From: Desulfobacterales bacterium
GTDB lineage: Bacteria; Desulfobacterota; Desulfobacteria; Desulfobacterales; UBA2174
Direction: 5' to 3'
DNA: 64,000 nucleotides
Assembly: GCA_963668645.2 (NCBI GenBank)
Contig: CAXXWC010000022.1
Coordinates: forward strand, 64,001-128,000
The position numbers and the translations under genes are program-made. The notes beneath the pieces are model-generated. The model was not told where the DNA came from and did no database searches. It saw only the letters and a program-made list of their open reading frames with translations. Positions within the stretch are counted from its first letter, which is position 1. Every line of letters starts with the position of its first letter. This document shows, one piece after another, positions 47,103 through 58,337 of this stretch.

Positions 47103-50100
47103 TCACCCGCTTGATTCCGGGTTGAGCACCCGCCAGACCCGCAGCAGTTCGCTCACCCCCCATGCCTGGGCATCGCAGCCGCGGGGCGTATGGGGGGCGT
47201 CGCCATCCAGGATCTCGGGAATCTGTCCCAGGCAGCCGCTTTCCATCAGGCGCAGGCCGCTTTCGAGCCAGGCCCGGGCCGTGGCCGTGCCCGCCGGCCC
47301 CAGGGCTGCTGCCCAGGCCTCGCAAAAGACGGGAAACATCCAGGTCCAGGCGGTCCCGTTGTGATAGGCCGGTTTGCGCCGCCGGTCTTCGTCGCCCAGA
47401 TAGCGTCCCTGGTAGGGGTGGCGGGGATCGTTGAGCAGTTCTCCGTTGTGCATCACGGCCAGGGGACGGTTCACCGGCCGGTCGGCCAGGCTGCGGATGG
47501 CCCCGGGGACGAGCAGTTCGCGGCAGGCCAGGACCGTGGGCACGGTGATGGCCGGATCGGCCGAGGCGCCCAGGGTCAGCGCCAGAAGCTGGTTGGGCCG
47601 CAGGGCGTCGTCCGCTTCGGCCTTGCGGGCCGGGGTTCCGGGGGCCGCGTGGCGGCAGTCGACGAAATGGCCCAGGGCCGGGTCCCAGAACAACTCTTCC
47701 ACAGACCGGGCCACCTGGTGCGCCAGCCTCTGCCAGCCCCGGGCGTTTTGGGTATCCACGGCCGCCAGCAGCGCCAGGGAGGCCTGCCAGAGGGCCTGGA
47801 TCTCGATGGGATAGCCTTGCCGGGGAGAAGCGGCCGGGTGGTTGGTGTCCATCCAGGTAAAATGGGCCGGGCTGAAGAGCAGGCCGCTTTCCGGATCCAT
47901 GGTCACCCCGTTGGGGGCCCCGGCGCATAGGCCGCCGCCCAGGTCTGCCAGGACGCGGCCCAGGGGGCGCCCGTCGCAGTCGGCCTCCAGCAGGTCCGCC
48001 GTTCCGGCGGCCTTGAGAAAATCCCGGCAGGCCACGCAGAACCAGAGCGGGGCATCCGAGGTGTTGCGGTCGGCCGCATCCCGGCCCCGGATCATGTTGG
48101 GCAGGGTACCGTCCTTTTCGAAGCGGGCGAACTGGATCAGGATGTCGCGCGCCACGGCCAGGCGGCCGTCGGCGATCAGGCCGCGCACCACGATGAGGGT
48201 GTCCCGGCCCCAGTCGAGAAACCAGGGATAGCCGGCAATGATCGTCCGGTGCCGGTCGCGGCGCACCACGTAATGGTCCAGGGCCCGGGCGAGAAGGACG
48301 AGCGGCTCCGGCGGTGCGGGCGGATCGAGGTCCACCGCTGCGGCGGCCCCGGCCGGTTTTCCGTTTTCGGTGGAAGCCTCCAGCACGGCCCGGTCCCCGC
48401 CTTTGAGCAGGACGCGAAAATAGCCCGGGCTGAAAAGATCCGAGTCCGGGTCCATCCCCCGCTCAGCCTCCAGCGGGCGGTGGACCATGTAGCGCCACTC
48501 CGGCTCGGGGCAGAAGCGTCCCCCCGTCAGGCTGACTTTCAGCTTCCTTGCCGGGTCGGGGGCGAAGTGAAACCCTTCGGCCATCGGGATCACGGCCCCC
48601 GGCCAGTGTTGCTCCGGTCCGGTGTAGGCTTTGGTCAGCTCGTGAAAGCTGCGGTTTTCGATGTCGGGGCGTACGATGAGCTGGACGGCAAGCGTATCGG
48701 CCAACCGATCCGCTGCTTGCCGGCTTGCCGGCCGCTCGAAGGTCAGGGCGATGGTGTTGCGCCCGGCTTCCATCTCGGCGCGTATTGCCAGCTCCAGATG
48801 CTGCCCCTGGCCCGCCGGTGCGGTAAAGTGCCAGCAGGGCCGCCCGGCGGTGTCGAGAAAAAAGCGTTCCAGACAATCCAGGGTCAGCTCGGTGGAATAG
48901 CCCTGGAACACGATCCAGGCCCGGCAGCGGGTCAGCATGATCCAGCGGTCCACCGGCACGGTCTCGTCCGGGTTGGCGGCCAGCAGGGCGTCGTACTTGC
49001 TGTCGAGGCGTCCCCAGGCCGCCGCGGCGCGCAGCATCCCGCCGCGTCCGTTGGTCAGCAGGCCCAGCAGCGGGGCCCCCGGCCGCGGCCCGGCCGAAGG
49101 ACTGGCGGATTGCGTGCCGGCCCGGGGGCGGCAAAAAGAGCAGCGGTCCATGGCTGCGCCGTTGCTGGGGGCCGGCATCGAAGACGGCTATGGCCAGTTC
49201 GCGCAAGGTCCAGCTTTCCACCGGGGGCAGCGGTTTGAGCAGGGCGAAAAATCCGCCGCCGCTCAGGGGCAGGCTGTCTTCGGCTGCCAGGGTGCGCTCT
49301 TTTTCCACCAGATGGACCCTGAAGCGCCGTTCGGAGCGCACCAGGATGAAATGGTCCGGGGGGATCATCACCTGGCGTTTCAGGTCCCGGGGCCATTGCC
49401 AGACCGTCACGGCCGGCACCGGTGGACGGGCCGGGTCGAGGCGGGCGCACAGGGCTTCGGGATCGGCCTGCAGCCGGCTCACATGGTCCTCGGGCCGGAA
49501 GTCGCCCAGGTCCCCGTCGCCGTGGAAGTGGCGCCGGATGCGCAGCACCACGGCCCGCAGGCGCTGGTCGAGGACCCGCAGCGGGGTACGCCGATCGGCT
49601 TGCGGGGGGTGGCTGATGATTTCCAGGTCCTCCGGCCGGCGGCCCAGGCAGCGTACCCGGCCCGGCTCCAGGGCGCAGGCGTGCTCGCCGTCGCGGGTCT
49701 CCACCGCCACCGGCGCGCCCTCGAGCAGGTCGACCCATGTCCCGGACGGGATATCGGCGTGCCACCGGGCCGTGGCCGGTTGCCGGTCGTCGAGGTTGGC
49801 GGCGATCCAGATGCGGTCTCCGGTGGGGATGTGGCGCCGTTCCACCACCAGGTGGTTGCCCTGGCCGGTCTGCACCAGGCGCTGCCGGATGCGGTCGTGA
49901 AAGAGGGGATGGCGGCGCAGCAGGGTATGCAACCGGACCAGGTGATCGACCAGGTTGGGTTCGGCCCCCCAGTTGAGGCTCGGGGCCCCGTGAACGTCGA
50001 TTTTTTCCGTGGCCAGCCATTCGACCCCGTTGGCAAAGGCGAACCCGCCCTGATGGGACACCAGGGCGCACAGGGCCGTGCGCAGGCGGGCAAAGGCGTG

Positions 50101-51375
50101 GGACCGGGCCGCCAGGCGGTTGTTGTCGTGGGTTTCGGCGAAGTGGACCAGGCTCCCGTCGTCTTCGGCGATCCGGTCGGCCGGGGGCAGGTAGTATTCG
50201 ATCTGGCCCCGGTCGTAGTTCTGGAACAGTTCCGAATAGGCCCAGTTGAAGTTGGCCTCGCGCAGCAGGGCGCGGGTCACCGAGACCTTGCCGCCCAGCC
50301 CCTCGAGGAAAAAGACGGTGTGGGGAAACTGCTCGCGCACCGCGGCGATGATATAGCGCCAGGCTTCCAGGGGAATCATGTAGCCCGCATCGCAGCGGAA
50401 TCCGTCCACCCCGCGGCGGCACCAGGTGAGAAAGACCTCGGCCATGTAGCGCCACAGATCGCGCCGCTGGTAATCGAGCCGGGTCAGGTCGGCCCAGACC
50501 ACCCCCCAGGCCCCGGGGGTTTCGATGCGCCCGGACGGATCGCGCACCAGCCATTCGGGATGTTCGCCGTGCAGCCGGGCGGCCCAGCCGGTATGGTTGA
50601 TGGCGATGTCGAGCAGCAGGCGCCCCTCGTGGCCGTGGACGGCGTCCACCAGTTCGAGGAACTGTTCCAGGGGGGTGGCCGCCGGGTCGAAGACCGCCAG
50701 GGCTGGATCGACCTCGGTGAAACTCAGGGCCGCGTAGGGGCTGCCGAAGCGGCCCATGCGGGCGTAGGTGGTGGGGGTGGGGTGGATCGGCAGCAGTTGC
50801 AGGATGCGGCACCCGAGCCGGTCGAAGATAAAATCGAGGTGGGCGATGAGGTCCCGGAAGGTGCCCGATGGCGGAATGACGGTAAAGCCGGTGCGGTCCA
50901 GGGCCTCGATCGCCCCCGGATCGCCCATGGCGCCTTTTCCCTCGCGGTTCGGCCCGAACTGGCGCACGAAGGCGTTGTAAATGATGTTGGCGCAGCAGGT
51001 GTCGGCCGGTTCGACCTTGATGGCCACATTTTCGCCCGGCGGCCAGACCGGTTCTTCGCCGGGGGCCGGCAGGAAGAAACACTTGGCCTCGAACTGGCCG
51101 ATCTCCACCAGGGGCAAGCGGGCCTCGAAGGTCAGCGCATCGCAGCGGCGCATGGCCACATCGTACCAGTCATGCCCGGCAAAAGGCCGGTGGGCCTCCA
51201 CCGACGCGATGATTTCCCGGCGGCGGGCCGCAGCATAACCGATGTTGGTCCGCACCCGGGCCGTACCCTGCATGGGGTGGGGCAGTTTGAGGGTCAGGGT
51301 CAGGACATCGCCGGCAAAGCGGATCAGGTGGCGTCCGGGCGGCGGCTGCTGGATCAGGGTTTCCAAGTGGGTCAT
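47103..51375 (-). pseudogene. Large glycogen debranching enzyme (alpha-amylase + amylo-alpha-1,6-glucosidase domains) with +1 frameshift near 49076-49080
   Basis: The GFRCDAG/ETHDN N-half and the LLTNGRGG/AGYPWFLDWGRD/YHNGTAW/QAW C-half switch frame at a G5/C4 run; probably one gene of about 1420 aa. Confidence 0.85.
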
Positions 51376-51467
51376 AAGAGTGCCAACTGCCGGTTGCAGG
51401 TTTGTCAGGCAGGCCGGACCGATCCGGCAAGTCCGGCTCCAGCGCTCCAGCCTTCAAATTCAGGCCG

Positions 51468-52739
51468 TCAGGCTTCCATCCCGAAAAAGTTGGTCATCAG
51501 GTAGCTGAGGTGCTTGCGCAGCACGGCGAAGGAAAAGTGCCGCGCCGCCACCGCGTAGTTGGTTTCCACCATGCGCCGCCGGCGCTCGGGATCCATGAGT
51601 ATTTCACGCACCATGTCCACGTTGCGCCGGGTGAGAAATCCGTCCATGGTCACCAGGTCGAATCCGGCCGGCTCGATGTCCCGCACGAAGTTGGCATAGC
51701 GGTTGACCAGCAGTGGTTTGTGAAAGTAGACGGCTTCGAGAAAGGCGTTGCCAAAACCCTCGTAGAGGCTCGGATAGGTGATGAAATCCGCATGGGGATA
51801 CAGCTCCCAGAGGCTGAGCCCGTTGCCGTTGTTGTGGCTGCCGGCGCCGTTGGAGCACGGATCGCTGACGCTGGTCTTGACCAGGCGCAGGTCCACGCCG
51901 CTGGTGCGGGCGTGCTCTTCGAGCCAGTCACGGTACTCGTAGCCTTCGTCGCCCGCTTCGTGGGAGATGACCAGCTTGCAGCGCGGGTCGGCCAGTTCGC
52001 GCAGCAGTTCGATGGCGTGTTCGATCCCCTTGCGCTGGACGATGCGGGTGGGCTGGACAAAGACGATGTCCTCGGGGCCGAGATTCAACGAGGCGCGCAT
52101 CCGCTCGCCGGAAGCGGTGCAGATCGCCGGCGGATGCTCGAAGTCGACCACGTTGGGGATCACGGTGGAACTGACGCCGGCGCGCAGGGCCAGCTCCTCC
52201 TGGGCCGCGGAATTGATGGTCACGTGGGCGATGTTGGGCAGGTTGGGCGGAAAGGCCATGCGGATGTAATCGGCCACCGCGTTGACCAGGAAACGGGTGC
52301 GCTCCCAGTAAAAATCGTGGTGGTGGGCGATGGTGGGCACCTGGGTTTCGGCCAGCAGTTCGGTCAGGGCCACGCCCAGGGGGATCTGCATCGGAATGGT
52401 GAGCACGTTCTGGGGGATGAGCAGGTCGATGGAAAAACGTTCCATGAACGCGCGCAGGCGCTCTTTGAGCAGGGCCGCCATCCCATGGATCCGGTCGGTG
52501 ACCTCGGGCTCGCGCCGTTTGCGGCCGAAGACCCGCTGCGAGATCCAGCGGTTGTCCGGATCGCGGAAGTGGGCCTCGGGCACCAGGAGGCTGGAGTCCG
52601 GGTCCCGGTCGAGTTCCCCGGCGAACCAGAAGCAACGGTGGCCGGCGGCGCTGAGGACCGCGGCCCATTTGCTCGCTTCCAGGGTGACCCCGTCGGTGCC
52701 GCAAAAGCGCGTCGAGACGAATCCGATGTTCTTGCCCAT
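51468..52739 (-). CDS. GT4 glycosyltransferase (mannosylglucosylglycerate synthase-like)
   Basis: GTDGVTLE, HHHDFYWER and YPSLYEGFGNAFLEA. Confidence 0.8.
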   Translation of the reverse strand: MGKNIGFVSTRFCGTDGVTLEASKWAAVLSAAGHRCFWFAGELDRDPDSSLLVPEAHFRDPDNRWISQRVFGRKRREPEVTDRIHGMAALLKERLRAFMERFSIDLLIPQNVLTIPMQIPLGVALTELLAETQVPTIAHHHDFYWERTRFLVNAVADYIRMAFPPNLPNIAHVTINSAAQEELALRAGVSSTVIPNVVDFEHPPAICTASGERMRASLNLGPEDIVFVQPTRIVQRKGIEHAIELLRELADPRCKLVISHEAGDEGYEYRDWLEEHARTSGVDLRLVKTSVSDPCSNGAGSHNNGNGLSLWELYPHADFITYPSLYEGFGNAFLEAVYFHKPLLVNRYANFVRDIEPAGFDLVTMDGFLTRRNVDMVREILMDPERRRRMVETNYAVAARHFSFAVLRKHLSYLMTNFFGMEA

Positions 52740-52777
52740 GGTCTTTACCATGTGTTCGGTCTGAAAAAATGCAAGTT

Positions 52778-54166
52778 TCAGATCTCGAATACGAGATCCT
52801 GTGCGATCACCGCTTCTTTGGGGATCACGGCCTGCCGGGCGCCGCGGTTGGAGATGGCGACCCGCCCGAGGATGCGCACCCCGGGCTCGAAGCGTACATC
52901 GCCTGTGACCGTCAGGCTTTCGCAGTCTTTCAGCGACGGCTCGCCCCCTACGGGAATGCGGGCGTTAAAATCTTCGCGATGGGCGAAAAAGTGCGGATCG
53001 AGCCGGATCTGGATCGTGTCCAGGGTTCTTTCGGGATTGGGGATCAGGCGCTGGCGCGGGGAAAAGAGGTAGCAGTCGCTGCGCACGGCCAGCAGCTCGT
53101 TGCTCGATTTGACGGGGATAAAGCGCGCCCGCGGGACCCTCACTGCCGCAGCGCCGTCGAAAAGACCGATGGCGGCGCCCATGGCCGTCTCGATTTGATA
53201 AACGGACGGACTCTGGGGATCGCGCGGATCGAGGGTTTTGGGGTTGCGGATCATGGGCAGGGTCACGCGGCCCCGCCGGCGGATCAGCGTTTTGAGGGCC
53301 TCGATGTTGACCCAGATGTTGTTGGTGTTGAAAAAGCGATAGTGCCGGATGTCGGTAAACGCGTCCATTTCCCCGGCCGGACATTGGGCCGACTCGCGCA
53401 GGATCAACCGGCCGCTGCGGTGCCGGGCGATGTGGCCCCCCTTGACGTCCGAGGGCGTCTTGACGGCCACCTCCATCATGAACGGAAGCTGCCGGGTGGC
53501 GAAGTAGCCGAGCAGATTTTCGTTCATGGTGGCACCCAGGTTGTCCACGTTGCGGATCAGGGCGTAGCGGATCCCCTCATCTAGCAGGCGCCGGAGCACC
53601 CCCGAAACCCAAAGGGCCATGAACACGTCGCCGTGGCCCGGCGGGTTCCACTCCAGATGCGGATCGGCCGGCCATTCGGCCGGCGCCAGGCTGTCTTGCA
53701 GAACCTTGGGGTACTTGTGCTGCAGGAAGGTCAGGGGCATCCGGGCCGGGGCGATCCTTTCCAGGGCGGCCCGGGTGTCCTCGTCGGTGTTGAAACTGTT
53801 CATCAGCGCCAGGCGTACCTGGTTGTGGGTCGCCTGGCGCATGATGATCTCCAGAAACGTCAACCCGTCCTTGACCCGCATCAACGATTTGGCCCGGGTC
53901 AGACCCATGGTGGTCCCCAGCCCGCCGTTGAGCACGATCATCACCGCCCGGGGCAAAGCCTGCACACCGGCCTGGTGATATTCGCCCAGTTCCTCGAAGG
54001 CCGCGATCTCCTCTTCGGCCACCGGTCGGATCGTATCGTCGGGGATCAGTCCGGTTTGGCCCTCCACCAGCTGGCGGTAATAGTCACTGAAGGTAGCGAT
54101 AATCTCTCGGGGCAGATTCTCCCGGGCCATTCTGGTTTCGAAGGCCCTCAGACGCGCTTCCGGCAT
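52778..54166 (-). CDS. UTP--glucose-1-phosphate uridylyltransferase, eukaryote-type
   Basis: LNGGLGTTMG, LMNSFNT, WNPPGHGD, NVDNLGA, DVKGG, FNTNNIW and ETAMGAAI. Confidence 0.9.
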   Translation of the reverse strand: MPEARLRAFETRMARENLPREIIATFSDYYRQLVEGQTGLIPDDTIRPVAEEEIAAFEELGEYHQAGVQALPRAVMIVLNGGLGTTMGLTRAKSLMRVKDGLTFLEIIMRQATHNQVRLALMNSFNTDEDTRAALERIAPARMPLTFLQHKYPKVLQDSLAPAEWPADPHLEWNPPGHGDVFMALWVSGVLRRLLDEGIRYALIRNVDNLGATMNENLLGYFATRQLPFMMEVAVKTPSDVKGGHIARHRSGRLILRESAQCPAGEMDAFTDIRHYRFFNTNNIWVNIEALKTLIRRRGRVTLPMIRNPKTLDPRDPQSPSVYQIETAMGAAIGLFDGAAAVRVPRARFIPVKSSNELLAVRSDCYLFSPRQRLIPNPERTLDTIQIRLDPHFFAHREDFNARIPVGGEPSLKDCESLTVTGDVRFEPGVRILGRVAISNRGARQAVIPKEAVIAQDLVFEI

Positions 54167-54206
54167 TTCGATTCCTCTTCGGGCTGGGCGGTGGGATGGG
54201 GCCGGA

Positions 54207-55268
54207 TCAGACCGGTTCGATCCATCCCAGGGGGTCGGGGCTGCGACCGTATTGAATGTCCACCAGTTCCTGGTAGAGCCGCTGGCTCAAGGGGCCAACG
54301 CCGCCGTCGCCCACCTTCAATATCCGGTCGCCGTACTTGAGTTCTCCCACCGGTGAGACCACCGCCGCCGTTCCGGAACCGAAGATTTCCTTCAGGTTGC
54401 CGGCATCATGGGCCGCCACGACCTCGTCGATGCTGATCTTTCGCTCCTCTGCCGGGATGCCCCAGTGGCGTGCCATGGCCAGGACCGAATCGCGGGTTAC
54501 GCCCGGCAGGATGCTGCCGTTGAGGGCCGGAGTGACCAGGGTGTCGCCGATGACGAAGAAGATGTTCATCGAGCCGACTTCTTCGACGTATTTTTGTTCG
54601 ACCCCGTCGAGCCACAGCACCTGGGTGTAGCCCGCACGGTGGGCTTCCTCGCCGGCCAGGAGGCTGGCGGCGTAGTTGCCTGCGGTCTTGGCCTCGCCGA
54701 TCCCGCCGCGCACGGCCCGCACGTGATCGCGGGTGACCCAGATCTTGATCGGGTTGAAGCCCTCGGCGTAGTAGGCACCCACCGGCGAGAGGATCACGAA
54801 GTAGCGATACGTGTGCGAGGCGCGCACCCCGAGGAAGGGGTCGACGGCGATGAGGGTGGGCCGGATGTAGAGCGAGGTGCCCGGTTGCCGCGGAACCCAG
54901 TCCGCATCGACGCGCAGCAGTTCTTTCAAGCTTTCGAGGACCATGCCGGCATCCAGGGGCGGAATGCACAGGCGCCGGGCCGATCGGTTGAGCCGCTCGA
55001 TGTTGGCCTGTGGCCTGAAAAGCTGGATCTTGCCCTCGGGGTTGCGGTAGGCCTTGAGCCCCTCGAAGATCGTCTGGCCGTAATGGAGCACCATGGCCGC
55101 GGGCGACATGGGGATGGAGGCGTAGGGCTCGATGCGCGGGTCGTGCCAGCCCCGGTTTGGATCGTAGTCCAGGTTGAGCATGTGATCGGTGAAGATGGTG
55201 CCGAAACCGAGACGGGTCTCGTCGGGTTTCGCCTTGGGTTGGGTTGCGCGCGTGACTTTGATCTGCAT
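54207..55268 (-). CDS. ilvE: Branched-chain amino acid aminotransferase
   Basis: LHYGQTIFEGLKAY, LYIRP, KTAGNYAASL, EEVGSMN and GSGTAAVVSPV. Confidence 0.94.
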   Translation of the reverse strand: MQIKVTRATQPKAKPDETRLGFGTIFTDHMLNLDYDPNRGWHDPRIEPYASIPMSPAAMVLHYGQTIFEGLKAYRNPEGKIQLFRPQANIERLNRSARRLCIPPLDAGMVLESLKELLRVDADWVPRQPGTSLYIRPTLIAVDPFLGVRASHTYRYFVILSPVGAYYAEGFNPIKIWVTRDHVRAVRGGIGEAKTAGNYAASLLAGEEAHRAGYTQVLWLDGVEQKYVEEVGSMNIFFVIGDTLVTPALNGSILPGVTRDSVLAMARHWGIPAEERKISIDEVVAAHDAGNLKEIFGSGTAAVVSPVGELKYGDRILKVGDGGVGPLSQRLYQELVDIQYGRSPDPLGWIEPV

Positions 55269-55316
55269 TGGACCTCCTAAAAACGATGATGTTGTGACGC
55301 CGCGGCGTAAAATCTG

Positions 55317-55775
55317 TCACGGTGTGTCGAATGAAAACGGCGCTTTCCAAACGGGCAATCCGGTCACCGGATCGATGGATCTTGCCGGCACGGGATCCCG
55401 GTATTCCGTCAGCATCGCTTCGGCGCGGCGGGTCGCAGATGGGCTGAACAGCCGCCCTCCGGCCAGGACGCCTTCCAGATCGCCGACCAGAATCCTGGCG
55501 TCGGCCACCGTTTCCCGGGGACCGATACGGATGGTCCCCTCGCAGCTGACGATATCCAGTTCGCCTTCGATCTGATGGGTGACGAAAACCTGCTGGCTTG
55601 AATCGTAGCTGCCTAGGATGACGGACGCGAGGGTGCCGGCGGCCCGGAAATCCGCCATAACCACGCCCTGTTGGCGGCAAAATCGCGCGATGGCATCCAT
55701 CAGGTCCTCGCCCGTGGGCAGGGGGACGATGTAATGGCGTCCGGGGTGAAGTTCGATGCCGTCGATGCGTGCCAT
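55317..55775 (-). CDS. PPC/DUF296-domain protein
   Basis: GEDLMDAI, DIVSCEGTI and LAGGRL; about 150 aa. Confidence 0.65.
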   Translation of the reverse strand: MARIDGIELHPGRHYIVPLPTGEDLMDAIARFCRQQGVVMADFRAAGTLASVILGSYDSSQQVFVTHQIEGELDIVSCEGTIRIGPRETVADARILVGDLEGVLAGGRLFSPSATRRAEAMLTEYRDPVPARSIDPVTGLPVWKAPFSFDTP

Positions 55776-55998
55776 GGCGAAGATCCTGTTTCTGGAGGCC
55801 CGCAAAAATGAAAAGCTCCTGACAATACTGCCGAAAAAACCTATCGCAGATCAAGGCGGGAAATCAAGCTGCAAATGCCGCAGCATGCTGTATAAGCCGG
55901 CCGGGGTACGGGTTTTGTCCGCGCAAAACGGTCGTCCCCATCACGGCTTACAACGAAAGTGTTGCACAACACTCCTGTTGTAAAGTGCTCCGCCGCCG

Positions 55999-57147
55999 CT
56001 ATAGCGCCGTCCGGATCACCCCGGCCAGAACCGCGTCATCGAGGGGCACCGGGTTGCCCTTCATCGAGCTGGCGCGCCGGGAAAAGGCCACCAGTTCGGG
56101 AATCATGGCCTCGGTCAGGCCCCAGGCGGCAAGGCCGGGGACCTTGAGCTCGGTAACGAGATTTTCGATCCATGCCGGACCGTTTTCGGCCGTGGTAGTC
56201 GGATCTCCAGTGAGGAGGCGAGCCACCTCTCTGTAGCGGGAAAGGGCCAGGTTGTCGCAGGACGCGGCGCGCAGGGCGCAGATGTTGGCCTTGCATACAG
56301 GCGCCAGCAATGCGGCGCAGATCGCACCGTGGGGGGCGTCGATCATCCCGCCCAGGGGGCCGGCGATCCCGTGCACCGCCCCGAGGCCGGCGTTGGCAAG
56401 CGCCAGGCCCCCGCAAAGGCTCGCCAGGGCCATGTCGGTGCGCGCTTCGCGGTCGGTCCCGTCGGCAAAGGCGCGGGGCAGTGCCCGGGCCGCCCGTGCG
56501 ATCCCCTCGCGGCAGACGGCGTCGGTGAGCGGATTGGCCCTTATCGAAACGAAGGCTTCCAGCACCTGGGTCAGGGCGTCCATGCCGGTGGCGGCCGTCA
56601 CCGCCGGGGGCATGGAGACGGTCAGCTCGGGGTCGATCACCGCCAGGGCCGCCAACATGGCCGGGTGGCGCAGGCTGACCTTGACCCGCCGGGCTTCGGA
56701 TTTGATCACGGCATTTTTCGTCACTTCACAGCCGGTTCCGGCTGTGGTGGGTACCGCGATCCAGGGCAGGGGCCGGTGCGCCAGCGCGCGGCCGAGGCCG
56801 ATGACTTCCAGGTAGTCGATCACTTCGCCCGGATTGGCTGCCAGGGCCGCCACGGCCTTGGCCGTATCCAGCACACTGCCCCCGCCCAGGCCGACGATCA
56901 GGTCGGTTCCGGCTGCGGCGGCCACACCTTGTTCAACCGTTGTGACCGTCGGCTCGCCGTTGACGGCAAAACGCCGGCACTCCAGGCCGGCGGCAATCAT
57001 CTCCGCGGCAAGGGCCGAAGCCGGGTTGGGGCGCCGCCCGGTGACGAGCAGCACGCGCCGGCCCATGGCAGCGGCGGCCGGCGCCACCCGGTCCCGCGCG
57101 CCCCAGCCGAAGACAATGCGCCCGGCGCTGGCAAATTCGAAATTCAT
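55999..57147 (-). CDS. Iron-containing alcohol dehydrogenase
   Basis: GGGSVLD, PTTAGTG, DALTQ and GAVHG...HG. Confidence 0.9.
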   Translation of the reverse strand: MNFEFASAGRIVFGWGARDRVAPAAAAMGRRVLLVTGRRPNPASALAAEMIAAGLECRRFAVNGEPTVTTVEQGVAAAAGTDLIVGLGGGSVLDTAKAVAALAANPGEVIDYLEVIGLGRALAHRPLPWIAVPTTAGTGCEVTKNAVIKSEARRVKVSLRHPAMLAALAVIDPELTVSMPPAVTAATGMDALTQVLEAFVSIRANPLTDAVCREGIARAARALPRAFADGTDREARTDMALASLCGGLALANAGLGAVHGIAGPLGGMIDAPHGAICAALLAPVCKANICALRAASCDNLALSRYREVARLLTGDPTTTAENGPAWIENLVTELKVPGLAAWGLTEAMIPELVAFSRRASSMKGNPVPLDDAVLAGVIRTAL

Positions 57148-57455
57148 TTGCAGGTTGTCCTTCAAAAGGGACGCACCATCCAGGAAAAGGTGATGGGGTA
57201 TCACGACCGCCGTCGGCCCCCCGGCCGCCCCGCCACTCGGGCGTGCCAGCTCAGACCCGGGCGCGTAAGCCGCGACACTGGATTCAGTCATTGGACACAA
57301 TACCGCAGTTTATCGCCGTTATCCAACTCCGTTGAAGAGTGGCTAAAGTGCCGGATTGCAGAGTCACCGGGAGCGCCGGCCCGGACACGGTTCGATTGAC
57401 TTTGGCCGGCGCCTCGACTATGAATGGCCGAATTCACACAGAAAGGACCCACCCC

Positions 57456-58274
57456 ATGACCGATGAGCAGAACGGCCAAAAGGCCCATATTCCGCCGGTA
57501 CGCCTCGGATACCAGAGCCGCTTTTCCTTTGCCTGCCATCCGGGGGTGAGTTGTTTTACAGAATGCTGCCGGGGCATCGGCATCGTGCTGACCCCCTACG
57601 ACATCGTCCAGCTCAAGCACCGCCTGGAGCTTTCCAGCGAGGAGTTCCTGGCCATCTACACCGAACCGCAGATCATGGAAAAGACCGATCTGCCCGTGGT
57701 CACTCTCAAGCTTCTGGACGACGAGCGCCGCTCGTGCCCTTTTGTGCGCGACGACGGGTGCATCGTCTACGCCGACCGCCCCTCGGCCTGCCGCTACTAT
57801 CCGCTGGGGATGGCATCCCTGATGCACAAGGAAGGCGCCGACGACGAGGGGTTTTTCTTTTTCGTCCACGAGCCCCACTGCAAGGGGTTCGAGGAAGACC
57901 GGCAGTGGACTGTGGCCGAGTGGCGCCAGGACCAGGGAGTGGACGAGCGCGATGCGATCAACGCCGACTGGACCGATATCCTGGTTCACAAGCGCTCGTT
58001 TCCGCCGAGCATCAAGCTGACCGAAAAGAGCAAAGGACTCTTTTTCATGGTCTGCTACAACGTGGACGCCTTCCGGCGTTTTGTGTTTGAAAGCAGTTTC
58101 CTTGAACGCTACCAGGTGGACGGTGACACGGTGGCCCGGCTGCGCGAAGACGACGTGGCCCTGCTGCGTTTCGGCCTGCGCTGGCTCAAGGGGACGCTTT
58201 TCCAGGTGCCCGAAGAGGAAAAGATCGCCATAAAGGATGGGGCCGCGGCGCCCCATCGTCCTACCCAGGACTGA
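57456..58274 (+). CDS. YkgJ-family cysteine-cluster protein
   Basis: CFTECC, CPFV...CIVYADRPSACRYYP. Confidence 0.85.
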   Translation: MTDEQNGQKAHIPPVRLGYQSRFSFACHPGVSCFTECCRGIGIVLTPYDIVQLKHRLELSSEEFLAIYTEPQIMEKTDLPVVTLKLLDDERRSCPFVRDDGCIVYADRPSACRYYPLGMASLMHKEGADDEGFFFFVHEPHCKGFEEDRQWTVAEWRQDQGVDERDAINADWTDILVHKRSFPPSIKLTEKSKGLFFMVCYNVDAFRRFVFESSFLERYQVDGDTVARLREDDVALLRFGLRWLKGTLFQVPEEEKIAIKDGAAAPHRPTQD

Positions 58275-58317
58275 AAAAACCGGCCGCCGGGTATGATTAC
58301 GGCGGCCGGTTTTTTTT
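58275..58317. terminator. Bidirectional intrinsic terminator
   Basis: AAAAAACCGGCCGCCG ... CGGCGGCCGGTTTTTTTT between convergent genes. Confidence 0.85.
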
Positions 58318-58337
58318 AAGCTTCGCGTTTCCGGGCG

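Noticed and set aside
44179..53072. Long plus-strand ORFs (870, 855, 556 aa) opposite the glycogen genes
   Set aside because: These are antisense shadows typical of high-GC coding DNA, with no recognisable motifs.
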